Shown: positions 1 to 10,352 of the stretch, one piece after another
Layout: each line of letters begins with the position of its first letter
Position numbering within the stretch: the stretch's first letter is position 1
Assembly: GCA_029256085.1 (NCBI GenBank)
Contig: JAQSYP010000002.1
Coordinates: forward strand, 343,342 to 407,341
Source of the DNA: Bacillales bacterium
Lineage (GTDB): Bacteria > Bacillota > Bacilli > CAJFEE01
Length of the DNA stretch: 64,000 nt
Reading direction: 5' to 3'
Notes under the pieces: model-generated
Database searches by the model: none
The model's input: only the letters and a program-made list of their open reading frames with translations
Told to the model about the DNA's origin: nothing
Position numbers and translations under genes: made by a program

Positions 1-126
1 ATTTTAAGTTCTTATAATCGATGCGAAATTACTTACTGATGATTAATGAATTTGTTGTTAGAAAGATTATATAAACGAAGGACATGAATGTAATCTTGGA
101 GAAGGTTGATAAAGGAGAGATAAACT

Positions 127-1002
127 TTGAAGAAACTTTTTAGTAGAAAAGCTATAGTCCTTATTGCAATTCTAATCATACCTTTATCAATTTACTCCAT
201 TAACATGTTAAAAGGCATATTAGAGTATAGACAAAAAACAGTAAATTATAAAGAGTTTCAAGCTTATTTAAGTAGTTATATTAATAGAAATAATTTAACC
301 GTTATTTCAAATACAGAGACTGAGAATAGCTATACATTCCTATACAAAAAACAAAATGAAATAGGAATCTGTACTTATACCTTTAATGAGCAACAAAAAC
401 AAGTGGGACAGTCATGTTCGACTACAACTGAAACCAAACCAATAACGTTATTAGTTACTAAAGATGAGAATAGTAGCAATAGATTTGTTGCATTTACAAT
501 AACTGACGAGCAATTATATTCAAAAGTCTATAAAGCTGATGTGCTGTTTGAGGCTAAGAAAATAAGCGTAGATTTGGATAGTTATGAAGGAATTATAGTA
601 AATGCACCAAGAGACTTAAGTGAATTTGAAAAAGTAATTTTGTATGATAGAGAAGGAACTATAATTCTAACTCAGGGGAGTGATTTAAGTTTTCAAGAAG
701 TTTCGGAAATAGAGAGAGCATTAGCAAAAATAGTTGGTACTCCTCCATTTGCATCATCCAACCCTGCATCATCTAATCCATATGATTATATTAAGGATAA
801 TCAAGAAGAATTTGATTATATTGTAGGAACTGGAAACAAAGGATTGAATTATATGTTAGATAAACTCAGTTCATCAAACGATGACGGATTAAAAGAATAT
901 GTGATGGCAATGGCTTGTGCCGAAATTTTAGGTGATGAAAACCCTGTAAAAGAATGGGATTCAGGAAGAAATTGGTATAACAGTTATAAAACTCAGCAAT
1001 AA
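127..1002 (+). CDS. Membrane-anchored hypothetical protein; mosaic paralog of 7998..8900
   Basis: AAGGAG RBS before TTG; N-terminal TM helix; core FQAYLSSYINRNNLTV...DLSFQEV shared with 7998..8900. Confidence 0.8.
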   Translation: MKKLFSRKAIVLIAILIIPLSIYSINMLKGILEYRQKTVNYKEFQAYLSSYINRNNLTVISNTETENSYTFLYKKQNEIGICTYTFNEQQKQVGQSCSTTTETKPITLLVTKDENSSNRFVAFTITDEQLYSKVYKADVLFEAKKISVDLDSYEGIIVNAPRDLSEFEKVILYDREGTIILTQGSDLSFQEVSEIERALAKIVGTPPFASSNPASSNPYDYIKDNQEEFDYIVGTGNKGLNYMLDKLSSSNDDGLKEYVMAMACAEILGDENPVKEWDSGRNWYNSYKTQQ

Positions 1003-1043
1003 CAGAGTTTGAATCATAGATTTAAAAAACAATTGAAAATCAG

Positions 1044-1388
1044 GTGAGTTATATGTTGTTTGTTGTAGGTATTTTAGCTTTTATTTCTGCATCAGTTTTT
1101 ATTATGAAAAAAAGAAATGTTATCAGTCCATTCTCAAAAGGAGCTTTTCTGGCACTATTTGTTTCATTGCTAGCTACAATTTGCTTAGGGCAAAATTACA
1201 CCGAAAGTTTAATTCCGGAAATACATGACGGGATTGGAATTTCTAACCAATTAGCTTATTGGATTATTGGGGAAAGAACATGGTCTGTTGAATTATTCAA
1301 ACAATATTTTGATAACTCAATATATCTGAATCTGTTTTTAATTTTCATCTATCCTTTGGTATTAATATTAGAACCTAAAAATAAGTGA
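1044..1388 (+). CDS. Hypothetical integral membrane protein (3 TM)
   Basis: 114-aa ORF with three hydrophobic segments. Confidence 0.7.
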   Translation: MSYMLFVVGILAFISASVFIMKKRNVISPFSKGAFLALFVSLLATICLGQNYTESLIPEIHDGIGISNQLAYWIIGERTWSVELFKQYFDNSIYLNLFLIFIYPLVLILEPKNK

Positions 1389-1467
1389 ATTAAATTCTTG
1401 AATAACACAAAAAAGTTATGTAACTTTTTCTTCGATAAATACAGTTTTCAATTAATGAGGCGGATGA

Positions 1468-1664
1468 ATGAGAAAAGCTTTGATTAGACTTATAACAATT
1501 ATTATAGTATTAGGGTCTGGCTATTATTATTTTAATCGGTCGGTTCTACTCCGTTAATTCCCATTGGTTTAATGGCAGCAATGTCTTTTATCTGGAAATC
1601 TGAACCGTTTAGTTTCATTGCATTATTAGTTGTCTCAATTCCATGGATTTATTTGCGAAAATGA
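1468..1664 (+). pseudogene. Frameshifted small membrane-protein remnant
   Basis: GAGGCG RBS, ATG 1468, MRKALIRLITIIIVLG... stops at 1557; hydrophobic continuation PLIPIGLMAAMSFIW...WIYLRK* in another frame to 1664. Confidence 0.4.
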
Positions 1665-1693
1665 ACTGGTAATGCTGTGTAAAATAAACTGCT

Positions 1694-2104
1694 TCAATTT
1701 CCCTCACTATTATTTTCTATTGAAAAAACATGACCATTTTTCAAATAATTAATCTCATTCTTTTCAGTAATTTGTCTTTTTCCTTCATATATAAACATTT
1801 GTGAAAAGCCGTTATTAGATTTGTAATATGAATACTTAATTTTTGGTTCATTCATAAACCTTACACTCACATAATAATCACTAATTTTTATATCATAATT
1901 TCCCTTCATTTCCTTAATATCTGAAGAGTTTAATTCATATTCTTTCTCAATAGTTTTTAAAAAGGTGTTTTCTATTTCTTTTCTCCCGCTTTCAGTTCCG
2001 TTATACCCTGTAAAGTAGTAATCGATTCCATGGAATAATAATAATGGAATCAAAGTTGCTATAATGAAAATAATTAGAATTAACTTTATCTTTTTATTTT
2101 TCAT
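1694..2104 (-). CDS. Membrane-anchored protein, DUF3139-like
   Basis: N-terminal TM; EYELNSSDIKE...YYVSVRFMNEPKIKYSY resembles the DUF3139 pattern. Confidence 0.65.
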   Translation of the reverse strand: MKNKKIKLILIIFIIATLIPLLLFHGIDYYFTGYNGTESGRKEIENTFLKTIEKEYELNSSDIKEMKGNYDIKISDYYVSVRFMNEPKIKYSYYKSNNGFSQMFIYEGKRQITEKNEINYLKNGHVFSIENNSEGN

Positions 2105-2145
2105 AAAATCCTCTTATCAATTAGTTTTAATTTTATTACTCAGCC

Positions 2146-2844
2146 CTAATTCTTTTTGGGTTTATTTAATTCACGAATTAATTCTCTTTCTACCTCGCCT
2201 ACACTATCCTTCTTTGATGTATTTTTTTGCAATTCCTTTTCAGATATAGGTTTCTTTCCTTTAACGACTATCTCATAACAACCATTTAAGTCAGTGTATA
2301 TTACTTGAAGAGACGTAATGTTATAGTTATTACCTAATTTGTTTAGTATTTCTTTAGTTGTTTTGGAAGGGGCTTTTTGACTATCGTTACGAGAGATTTT
2401 ATCACGGTTTATAATACCTAAAATATAAAGCATTTGAGAGGTTTTAAGTTTAAAAATATTTTTTGAATAGTTGCCATTTGCTAAAATCTCAGTATAAATA
2501 TCTGCTAAAGGCAATTCAATATTGTCATTATAAGATTTACTCAAATTGATGAAATCCTTTTGGAATTGTTCATTATAATCCTCAGAAACTCTTTCGTCGA
2601 AAATTGTATTATTAAAAAGCTTATAGGAGATTTCACTGTCTGTTGGGGACAATTTAGTAATATAGGAGGAAGATTTTAGATTATATTGTGGTATTTGAAC
2701 TTCCCCTTGTGCGCCATATACTTGTTTTACATAATTCTCTATTTTTACTTTTGCAATATAGTTACCAAAAGGAATCCCATTGAAAATTGAATAGAATAAT
2801 ATCATAAAAGAAATAAAAATTAGTGCTATTTTATTATCATTCAT
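2146..2844 (-). CDS. Membrane-anchored hypothetical protein; paralog of 13500..14249
   Basis: GGGGG RBS; shared blocks PFG..IAK.KIENY..QVYG and LGN.YNI.SLQVIYTD. Confidence 0.8.
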   Translation of the reverse strand: MNDNKIALIFISFMILFYSIFNGIPFGNYIAKVKIENYVKQVYGAQGEVQIPQYNLKSSSYITKLSPTDSEISYKLFNNTIFDERVSEDYNEQFQKDFINLSKSYNDNIELPLADIYTEILANGNYSKNIFKLKTSQMLYILGIINRDKISRNDSQKAPSKTTKEILNKLGNNYNITSLQVIYTDLNGCYEIVVKGKKPISEKELQKNTSKKDSVGEVERELIRELNKPKKN

Positions 2845-2871
2845 AAGATTCCCCCTATTAAAAACAAATGT

Positions 2872-3339
2872 TTAGTCAGTCAACTTCGAACCAGTAAGTA
2901 TTTTAAATAGTTCTGCTGACTTGTTCTTGCCTAACTGTGCATATTTGTTTTCAAAAAAATTTATAAGCTCCACTTGGTCTTTATCTGGACTTATCCAAAG
3001 TCGATAAGGCAGTGCTTCTACAAATATTAATTTTTTAGTATTAGGTTCAAATAAGAATTTGTAATCCTCGGGACGAAACATTTGAACTTTAGCGTTTTCC
3101 CAATCAACGCTTTCTAAAATATTTCTTACTTTTTTTACGTCAGACTTATTAGTAACTTCCTTAAAGTCCTCAAAGTTATTGTCATTACCAATACGCTTTT
3201 GAACTTCAATTTTCTGTTCCTCTAACTGGTTTGAACAACTTGTTGTAAACATTAATACTATTCCAATGAAAGCTAATAAGTATTTAAACCTTTTCACTGT
3301 AACCCAACTTTCTAAATTGCCAATTGATAACCCCAACAC
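2872..3339 (-). CDS. Putative lipoprotein (true start possibly GTG 3297)
   Basis: Basic residues, hydrophobic stretch, then TTSC; EVTNKSDVKKVRNILESVDW domain recurs in neighbours. Confidence 0.7.
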   Translation of the reverse strand: MLGLSIGNLESWVTVKRFKYLLAFIGIVLMFTTSCSNQLEEQKIEVQKRIGNDNNFEDFKEVTNKSDVKKVRNILESVDWENAKVQMFRPEDYKFLFEPNTKKLIFVEALPYRLWISPDKDQVELINFFENKYAQLGKNKSAELFKILTGSKLTD

Positions 3340-3393
3340 ACCTCACCAAAATTAACCTTTTATAATTCTTGGAAAACAATGAGTTAGACATTT

Positions 3394-3469
3394 ATATTCG
3401 ACACATTCTACACTATTCCTTCATTTAAGGCAGAATGTAAAAGGGATTATTACTAACTAAATAGAATAC
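3394..3469. promoter_or_regulatory. Back-to-back sigma-H-type promoters
   Basis: Minus: GAAGGAATA-11-GTCGAATAT; plus: AAGGGATTA-11-ATAGAATAC; sigma-H consensus is RNAGGAWWW-11/12-RNNGAATWW. Confidence 0.6.
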
Positions 3470-3497
3470 TTAATTGAGAGAAAGGAGCTTACTTATT

Positions 3498-4193
3498 TTG
3501 ACAAAAACTAAAATTCTTTTAACTTTATCAATTTTGACTGTTGTACTTTTCGGGTGTAAATCAAATGAAGATACCGTTAAGAAAGCAACAACTAATATTA
3601 AGTTACAATCAGAAAAAAGTAGCAAATTAAAGTTAGAGTCTGAGATAGCTAAAATCTATGTTCTTAAAAGTATAGGGGGCACTGGTACAAAATTTTTTGA
3701 AGATGATAAAACGATTGAAACTTTTAAGAACGTAATTTCAAGCGCGGAAAAAAGCGAAGGTATTGTTAATATGTCTAGCCCTGAGTTTTTTTTAGATGTG
3801 AATTATGTAAATGGAAACGGGAAATTATTTTATTTACGGTTAGGTGAAAAAGGTCAAAGAAGTTCACTAATGGACCATAATGATACACATACAATTTATA
3901 CTGTCTCGGAAGAAATGACTGCTAAGTTAATTGACTTACTGAGTTCAAGTAACCAACAAGTGAAAGAAAATGAAAATAATAATGAATTAACAAAACAAAT
4001 TGACGTTGAACTAAATAGAATTATTAATTCAACTGAATTTATGCTATTTTCAGGTAGCCCCTTAAATTATTTTGAGAATAACCATGAACAATTTGATTAT
4101 ATTATTTCAAAAAAAGATATTACCTTAAATCATTTTTTGAACAATTTTTCGGAAAATAATAACAAGGACCTATTTAAAATTTTAGAGAGGTAA
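3498..4193 (+). CDS. Lipoprotein with YhfM-like domain and truncated C-terminal helical domain
   Basis: AAGGAG RBS, TTG 3498; lipobox LFGC; GIVNM...DTHTIYT shared with 24540..25091; tail resembles C-terminal domain of 127..1002. Confidence 0.75.
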   Translation: MTKTKILLTLSILTVVLFGCKSNEDTVKKATTNIKLQSEKSSKLKLESEIAKIYVLKSIGGTGTKFFEDDKTIETFKNVISSAEKSEGIVNMSSPEFFLDVNYVNGNGKLFYLRLGEKGQRSSLMDHNDTHTIYTVSEEMTAKLIDLLSSSNQQVKENENNNELTKQIDVELNRIINSTEFMLFSGSPLNYFENNHEQFDYIISKKDITLNHFLNNFSENNNKDLFKILER

Positions 4194-4253
4194 TGGAGGT
4201 TGAGTTAATAATGGCAAAATACTTTTTAATTACCTTGTTAAAGTGGGGATATT

Positions 4254-4550
4254 ATGAAGAATAAAAAACTAACACTAATAATTTCTTTGTCTTTAATTTT
4301 CGCATTTATATTATATTTCTATTTACACTCAACTCAAAACTTAGCTATTAGAACACATGTTTTTTTTACAGCAGGTCCAAAATTAGCAATTAAAACGAAA
4401 GCATTCAAAATGGATAACTATACTTATAATAAATATAATGAGATTGAGTATAGCGAGGAAGAAGGCGAGATATACCAAATAACCAAACCTATGCGATTCT
4501 TACTAGTAAAGAAGGTAAATAATATTTATATTGTAAAAAAAATAGAATGA
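4254..4550 (+). CDS. Hypothetical membrane-anchored protein
   Basis: GGGG RBS; N-terminal TM. Confidence 0.6.
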   Translation: MKNKKLTLIISLSLIFAFILYFYLHSTQNLAIRTHVFFTAGPKLAIKTKAFKMDNYTYNKYNEIEYSEEEGEIYQITKPMRFLLVKKVNNIYIVKKIE

Positions 4551-4713
4551 TACGTTTTTCCAATAGAGAATTATTAAAATATTATCAATATGTTTTAAAT
4601 TTTGGCTGTTATAGGAATAAGCCCTTTTGAAAAGAGGAATTCTATGAGGAACTGAAAAAGGAATCCTAGAAAAAACACATTAAATGGAGTTGTCCCTTTT
4701 TTAAAATAACAAC

Positions 4714-4974
4714 TTAATAACCAACAACCCTACCTATAATTTCTCCTACTATGTAAGATATTATTAAAATAGAAGATATAATTATTGTAATTCCTATCAT
4801 ATAATTAATTTTCTTGTCAGTCTTTATAAAATGGTCCGAGAGAACAGATAATGTAACAATTATTAACAGGGACCATAAAAAATTATTTTCTTTATAGATA
4901 ATTCTTGTTGCGTTATCGATTCCTAACAATATTATAACAATAACTATATTAATTATAGATTTTATTTTCATCAC
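4714..4974 (-). CDS. Small hypothetical membrane protein (3 TM)
   Basis: GGGGG RBS; hydrophobic 86-aa ORF. Confidence 0.65.
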   Translation of the reverse strand: MMKIKSIINIVIVIILLGIDNATRIIYKENNFLWSLLIIVTLSVLSDHFIKTDKKINYMIGITIIISSILIISYIVGEIIGRVVGY

Positions 4975-5276
4975 TATCCCCCAAATATTAAAAAGATTTT
5001 AACCCCACTTAAATAATATAATTCTCTCATAATTATTAAATACCTTTATTAATAAATAAACAGTTTTAATTTTGGAGCGCAAAAAATTGCGTTATGGCAC
5101 TATATAATTAAATCCGTGTCTTTTTTTTGTTACCAAAAGTTATTAAAGGTTTTTGTGTATTTATTTTGTTTGATTTTTTCTTAAAGATTTTTTATTGATA
5201 TTTGAAAATTCTGTTAAAGTAGTAATAAGGATATTAAAAAGAATTATCGAGATAAGATAAATCGAGGGGGAAATGT

Positions 5277-5435
5277 ATGGGATTCTCTACAATTATTATG
5301 GTTCTACTTTTAGGAATTATAGTATTATTGATTGGCTTTGTAACTAAAAAACGGTGGTTAAAACTGCTATCAATAATTCCACTTGTTATCTCAGCATGGC
5401 ATTTATCAATTCTATTTTTAATGGGTTTTCATTAG
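5277..5435 (+). CDS. Small 52-aa two-TM protein (not in ORF track)
   Basis: GAGGGGG RBS, ATG 5277, MGFSTIIMVLLLGIIVLLIGFVTKKRWLKLLSIIPLVISAWHLSILFLMGFH*, followed by a hairpin. Confidence 0.7.
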   Translation: MGFSTIIMVLLLGIIVLLIGFVTKKRWLKLLSIIPLVISAWHLSILFLMGFH

Positions 5436-5441
5436 AATTTG

Positions 5442-5558
5442 TTAGCAAAAAGGGACCGCACATTTAAATGTGCGGTCCTTTATAAGATATTTAAATGCTT
5501 CATGGTCCCCATCTTGAGCTTTTTGTATAATATGTAATATCCTGTTCCACCACAACAT
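5442..5558 (-). pseudogene. N-terminal remnant of an ECF-type sigma factor
   Basis: AAAGGAGGAGG RBS; encodes HIIQKAQDGDHEAFKYLI, the typical ECF sigma start, then runs into the hairpin and stops. Confidence 0.5.
5447..5481. terminator. Bidirectional intrinsic terminator
   Basis: Perfect palindrome GGACCGCACATTTAAATGTGCGGTCC with A/T flanks. Confidence 0.7.
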
Positions 5559-6049
5559 CCTCCTCCTTTACCTACTTATTCTCCTATTACAGCTAAAAGG
5601 TTCATTTTATTTTAATATTCAACGCAAAAAGCACTTCTCCTATTAGAAGTGCTTTATAATAGGGCCACGCAGGTGTACAGCCGTCCTTTACCCAATTTTA
5701 AGAACAAGCCTCAACCCCTTGTGGGACAAGGATTCAAGATTCAAAAAGTAGTAAACCACCTGGTCAAGTCAGGTTGACAAATGAGTCTTTTTTACTATAA
5801 AATTTCCATTTTAAGGAAATAAAAGTAGTAATATTTTCCAATAATTTGTTAATAAATTTCGAACGTTTTCTAAAATTTTTCTCTATAAGAATAACTCAAA
5901 TTTAAATATGACTATCGAAAGAGGATTCCACTATATAGTGTCGAAAAGTTAAATGCACTTCTTCTTTTTTCAAATGCATGTCAATTATTAGGTAGCTCGC
6001 AATGGTCTTACTAAAAGCCCTATTATATAAAATCAAAATAATGGTTTTT

Positions 6050-6613
6050 TTATTTTAGTTTTAATCTACTTATTTCCTTTTCGCCTTTATATACAATTAA
6101 TGTCGCATCTAATGCTTTTTCCTTTAGCTTTTTCAATTCTTTTTGGGCTGGAGTTTTTATAGGACCTTGTGGGTCAACGATATCTACACCTAAATCAAAG
6201 TGAGCAATATAAACCACCTCTTTATTCGGTTTAAAGGATGAAGATATCGATTCTCCGTAACCTAAACCACTTTCACTGTATTCCTCTTGGTTAAAAATGT
6301 TGAAACCAATTATTCTATTCGAAATATCTTTCAAATCTTTACTTGGGACTATTTTAAAATTTATTTTTTCTTTGTTAACGTCTCCAATTTTTTGGTTATT
6401 GGCTTTTTTTAGTATTATTTCATAATACAAGGCTGTCGGGACTACTTCTTTACCTTTATTTACTCCTTCAGTTAAGACAATTGCACCGAGTTTATCTTTA
6501 TCTTTAATAATACTAACCTTTGATTTGACCAATTCCATAGAATTGTTTGATGAACATGCAGTTAAAGATGATAATGCAAAAAACATTGTTAAAATTATAG
6601 TTAGTTTTTTCAT
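6050..6613 (-). CDS. Lipoprotein of unknown function
   Basis: AGGGGG RBS; lipobox LTAC. Confidence 0.8.
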   Translation of the reverse strand: MKKLTIILTMFFALSSLTACSSNNSMELVKSKVSIIKDKDKLGAIVLTEGVNKGKEVVPTALYYEIILKKANNQKIGDVNKEKINFKIVPSKDLKDISNRIIGFNIFNQEEYSESGLGYGESISSSFKPNKEVVYIAHFDLGVDIVDPQGPIKTPAQKELKKLKEKALDATLIVYKGEKEISRLKLK

Positions 6614-6649
6614 TTCTTCCCCCTAAAATTTACATGCGTTGGCAATCCG

Positions 6650-6871
6650 TTACGCTTTACGTGAATTAATTCCCTTTGTAAATAGTGATTTTAAAATGAG
6701 AATTATATTTAAAATCATAAATAAGGCAGTGCCTGAAAATCCTATTATTGCAAATGAATTTGCTCTATCCATTTCACCAGGAGCTGAAAAATAATTACCA
6801 AATTGCCAGACGGCTACGCTTATGACTAGTAAAATAATTGAAATTGATAATAAGCTAAATTTTTTCATCAT
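6650..6871 (-). CDS. Small two-TM hypothetical protein
   Basis: GGGGG RBS; two hydrophobic segments. Confidence 0.65.
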   Translation of the reverse strand: MMKKFSLLSISIILLVISVAVWQFGNYFSAPGEMDRANSFAIIGFSGTALFMILNIILILKSLFTKGINSRKA

Positions 6872-6986
6872 TATCTATACCCCCATTTTTATTAAATGAA
6901 TCCAATCCATTTCCTTCTACAATATTTAATAGTATGGTATTCTTTCCACTCTACCTTCGTGGGGTGTTGTTTTAAGCCACGCTTTA

Positions 6987-7286
6987 TTAGTTCTTTATAA
7001 AACTAAGTATTGCTGGAAATATAAGTAGTACAATCACACTGACAATTAGAATTTGTGATACCTTTTTTGGAAGTCTTATTTTACCTTTACCTTTATACCA
7101 TCCACTAAACTGCAATTTATTTCTAAATAGTACAAAAAACAGAATGAAAACCGAAATAGAGCTCCATCCATATTTATTAGAATCTATACCCATAGCTGAA
7201 TAAACATGTTCAAGTATTGAGGCACAAATGCCCCCAATAATAACAAATAAAAATATAATTCTTATCAACTCAAGTATTACTCTCAC
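6987..7286 (-). CDS. Hypothetical membrane protein (3 TM)
   Basis: GGAGGTG RBS, GTG start; RNKLQFSGWYKG loop between TM segments. Confidence 0.75.
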   Translation of the reverse strand: MRVILELIRIIFLFVIIGGICASILEHVYSAMGIDSNKYGWSSISVFILFFVLFRNKLQFSGWYKGKGKIRLPKKVSQILIVSVIVLLIFPAILSFIKN

Positions 7287-7330
7287 AAGCCACCTCCAGA
7301 TTTTTCTATCATAAGAGCATTAAAAATCGC

Positions 7331-7732
7331 CTAGTGTCTCTTTATTTTTACAATAGGGTTTTCAGCTTTAATATATTCCTCTTTATTATCAGTATAAATA
7401 TCCCCAAATTCCCTACTTACTTCTGCTATTTGAACCACTGTATTGTTATCGATAAAAACAAGTAAATTAGCATGGTCAGCAGAATCCATTCGTGCAGAGC
7501 CATTATATTTAAACCCTAACTTTTTCTCTATTTGGTCTACCGTAGTATACGGAGCAATTATGTATGCTTTATCCCAGTTAAATTTAGCAAAAGTCTTTAA
7601 ATTGAAATCAACTAAGTTATCTTTCTCTAAAACTTTATTCAAGGAGTCTTCTAACTTGTGATTGGGATATATCGTTTGTGAACAACCAGACATGAGGAAT
7701 AATAAAAATATAAAAATATAAAAATTTTTCAT
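7331..7732 (-). CDS. Lipoprotein of unknown function
   Basis: AGGAGG RBS; lipobox MSGC. Confidence 0.8.
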   Translation of the reverse strand: MKNFYIFIFLLFLMSGCSQTIYPNHKLEDSLNKVLEKDNLVDFNLKTFAKFNWDKAYIIAPYTTVDQIEKKLGFKYNGSARMDSADHANLLVFIDNNTVVQIAEVSREFGDIYTDNKEEYIKAENPIVKIKRH

Positions 7733-7827
7733 TTACTCCTCCTGATTTTCCGCATAAGAACTTAAATTTCTTTTTCATAATTTTCACTTACTCATATTAA
7801 CTCCGCCATTTTTATTCAGCTTTTAAA

Positions 7828-7904
7828 TTATTCGACACAATCCACGTTAATCCTTCATTTATAAAGACTATAAAAAAGGGATTAGAACTATATAAATAGA
7901 ATTC
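7828..7904. promoter_or_regulatory. Back-to-back sigma-H-type promoters, homologous to 3394..3469
   Basis: Minus: GAAGGATTA-11-GTCGAATAA; plus: AAGGGATTA-11-ATAGAATTC. Confidence 0.6.
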
Positions 7905-7997
7905 TAAAATGAGTAATAGCCAATAAAATTTTAATTTACTTTGTGTTTACTTATATATTTGGATTACTAGAATTTAATAAATGAGGAGAGATATTTT

Positions 7998-8900
7998 TTG
8001 AAGAAATTTTTTAGTAGAAAAGCTATAATTTTCATTACAATTCTTTTCATAACTTTATCAATTTACTCAATTTACATCTTAAAAGGTACATTAGAGTATA
8101 GACACAAAACAGTAAATTACCTAACCAAAACTATGGGTTATAAGGAAACCGAAATTAAAGATATTGACGTTATACATTCCTTTTTAAATAAACTTTTATC
8201 ATATGACGAATGGTGGGTTTCTGTAACTTTTGCTGATGAAACTGAGGTTAAATATAATTATGGTGATGTATATGGCGAGGGGTTTCAGCAAATTAGTTAT
8301 TTTCCAGAAGACCCAAGCAAAAACAACTTCAAGCATGCAGAGTATGATTATGATGAAGTGGGTCATTTCGCTAAAAATAAGGTGTTTCAAGCTGACTTAA
8401 GTAGTTATATAAATAGAAATAATTTGACCGTTGTTGCAGATACAGAGAACGAAAATAGTTATACATTTTTATACAAAAAACAAAATGAAATAGGAGTTTG
8501 TACTTTTACATATAACAAACAACAAAAACATATGGGTCAATCCTGTTCGAATACAACTGAAAACAAAACACTAACACTATTAGTTACTAATGATGAGAAT
8601 AGTAATAACAGCTTTGTATCATTTGCCATAACTGACGAGCAACTATTAACAAAAGCATATAAAGCTGAATTTTTGTTTGAAGCAAAGAAGATAAGTTTGA
8701 ATTTGGACAATAGGACCGGAATTGTAGTAAATGCTCCAACAGACGTTAGCAAATTTGAAAAAATTATTTTATATGACAAAGAAGGAACTATACTACTTTC
8801 TCAAAGTAGTGATTTAAGCTTTCAAGAAGTTGAGAAAATATCATATAAATTGATAAAACTATCTCCTGATAGTTCCGTACAGCCCATCCTAATATTATGA
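7998..8900 (+). CDS. Membrane-anchored mosaic protein (DUF3139-like insert plus core shared with 127..1002)
   Basis: GAGGAG RBS, TTG start; N-terminus and core align by eye with 127..1002. Confidence 0.8.
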   Translation: MKKFFSRKAIIFITILFITLSIYSIYILKGTLEYRHKTVNYLTKTMGYKETEIKDIDVIHSFLNKLLSYDEWWVSVTFADETEVKYNYGDVYGEGFQQISYFPEDPSKNNFKHAEYDYDEVGHFAKNKVFQADLSSYINRNNLTVVADTENENSYTFLYKKQNEIGVCTFTYNKQQKHMGQSCSNTTENKTLTLLVTNDENSNNSFVSFAITDEQLLTKAYKAEFLFEAKKISLNLDNRTGIVVNAPTDVSKFEKIILYDKEGTILLSQSSDLSFQEVEKISYKLIKLSPDSSVQPILIL

Positions 8901-9096
8901 TGCATTAGAAATTAGTGAAAAAAGCAAAATGGATAGATTGAAGAATATTTTCAGTAGTATCGAATGGCAGGATAACTTGAACTAACCAAAAATTGAAGTT
9001 TCTTTCGCAAATAATCTAAAACAAATATATTTGTTGTCCTACAATTTAAATAGTGACGGTAAAGAAGAAACGGTAATCATGTCGGAAAATAAATAG
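8893..9096 (+). pseudogene. Decayed C-terminal domain, probably of 7998..8900
   Basis: Shifted frame reads YYDALEISEKSKMDRLKNIFSSIEW...; internal TAA at 8983; resembles EVTNKSDVKKVRNILESVDW and TITDKKKITEIEKHLNKISW in neighbours. Confidence 0.45.
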
Positions 9097-9204
9097 AGAT
9101 CTGTATGTGCCTAGCTGATGTAAGAAATAAAAGAAATAAACTATGTAACGCATTAACAGAATTTGCAGCGTATTAGAAAAAGCTAGTTAAAAAGGGGATT
9201 ACCA

Positions 9205-9633
9205 ATGAGAAATATATATAAATTTTTAATTCTACTTTCATTTATTGCGGTAGCTATAATTATAGGTCTAGTTGATAGTTCTTTTACAGGAGAACATATT
9301 ACCTTATCAAAAATTACTAAAATAGAAGTTGAAATATATAATTCAGACAAAACAAATAAATATGTTCATACAATTACCGATAAGAAAAAAATAACGGAAA
9401 TTGAAAAGCACCTTAATAAAATTAGTTGGAGAGAAAGAGACACAAGAATTAAATATTTTCAAAGACAAAATATAAGTGTTAAAATCCACCAAGAATATAA
9501 CAAAGTATTATCCATGTCTATTTTCACTGAAAGAGATTGGAAAAATAAAATAATATGCTTTGATAAAAAGGTTGAAGGGAGATTTGATACTGAATTATTA
9601 AAGTTATTAGAGAATACTTCGGTTAATAAATGA
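9205..9633 (+). CDS. Membrane-anchored hypothetical protein
   Basis: AAGGGG RBS; N-terminal TM. Confidence 0.7.
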   Translation: MRNIYKFLILLSFIAVAIIIGLVDSSFTGEHITLSKITKIEVEIYNSDKTNKYVHTITDKKKITEIEKHLNKISWRERDTRIKYFQRQNISVKIHQEYNKVLSMSIFTERDWKNKIICFDKKVEGRFDTELLKLLENTSVNK

Positions 9634-9680
9634 TATCCGAGTTTATCGTTAGATTTATTTATTAAAGACAAGGGGAATTT

Positions 9681-10241
9681 ATGAGAAAAATTCTTGCTGG
9701 AATAATACTTGGGTTAATATTATTTTTAGGAATTGTTTATGCTTTTTCCGTTGATAATATTGGATTTGAAGAAAGTGTGGGTGGACTACCACCAGTTCAA
9801 ATTGATGTTGAAGAAAAACCACCAACAGAAATAATGGGATTTGATGTTAGTGACGGAAAACAATATCAAGCCAGTATCAATGAACTTAAACAATTTGCAC
9901 CTATACATATAAAAAAAGTAACAATAAGATTTAGTGAAGTAATAGAAAATAAAAATAGTATTGAAAGAATGTCTGAAGAAGACAAAAAGAAGTATGCATC
10001 TGATTTGTACAACTATATATTGGAAAGTAAAACTGATTTTAACAAAGTAGTAGTACCTGAAAGTTCAAAAAATAAACATTACCACCAAGCTGTTTCTAAA
10101 ATGTATGAAGACGCTGAAGAGTTTGTAAGTTTTCTAATAAATGATGGACAATTTCAACTGCAAATTGCAGAAGATGTTATAGAACATGGAAGACAAGCGA
10201 TTATTTGGGTAAATAAACTTGAACACACACTACCTGAATAA
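9681..10241 (+). CDS. Secreted or membrane-anchored hypothetical protein
   Basis: AAGGGG RBS; signal-like N-terminus ending VYA; hairpin at about 10269..10311. Confidence 0.75.
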   Translation: MRKILAGIILGLILFLGIVYAFSVDNIGFEESVGGLPPVQIDVEEKPPTEIMGFDVSDGKQYQASINELKQFAPIHIKKVTIRFSEVIENKNSIERMSEEDKKKYASDLYNYILESKTDFNKVVVPESSKNKHYHQAVSKMYEDAEEFVSFLINDGQFQLQIAEDVIEHGRQAIIWVNKLEHTLPE

Positions 10242-10352
10242 AAAAATAGTTATCTCTCTAAAGTTCTTATAAAAATGAACTTCCTAAATTGTGGAAGTTC
10301 CATTTTTATAATATTTACTTGTTAAACTAACGCACAGGTTGCTAATAAGGCG

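Noticed and set aside
5717-5731. CCTTG-N5-CAAGG palindrome as a mobile-element end
   Set aside because: Too short, and no integrase or partner site in the window
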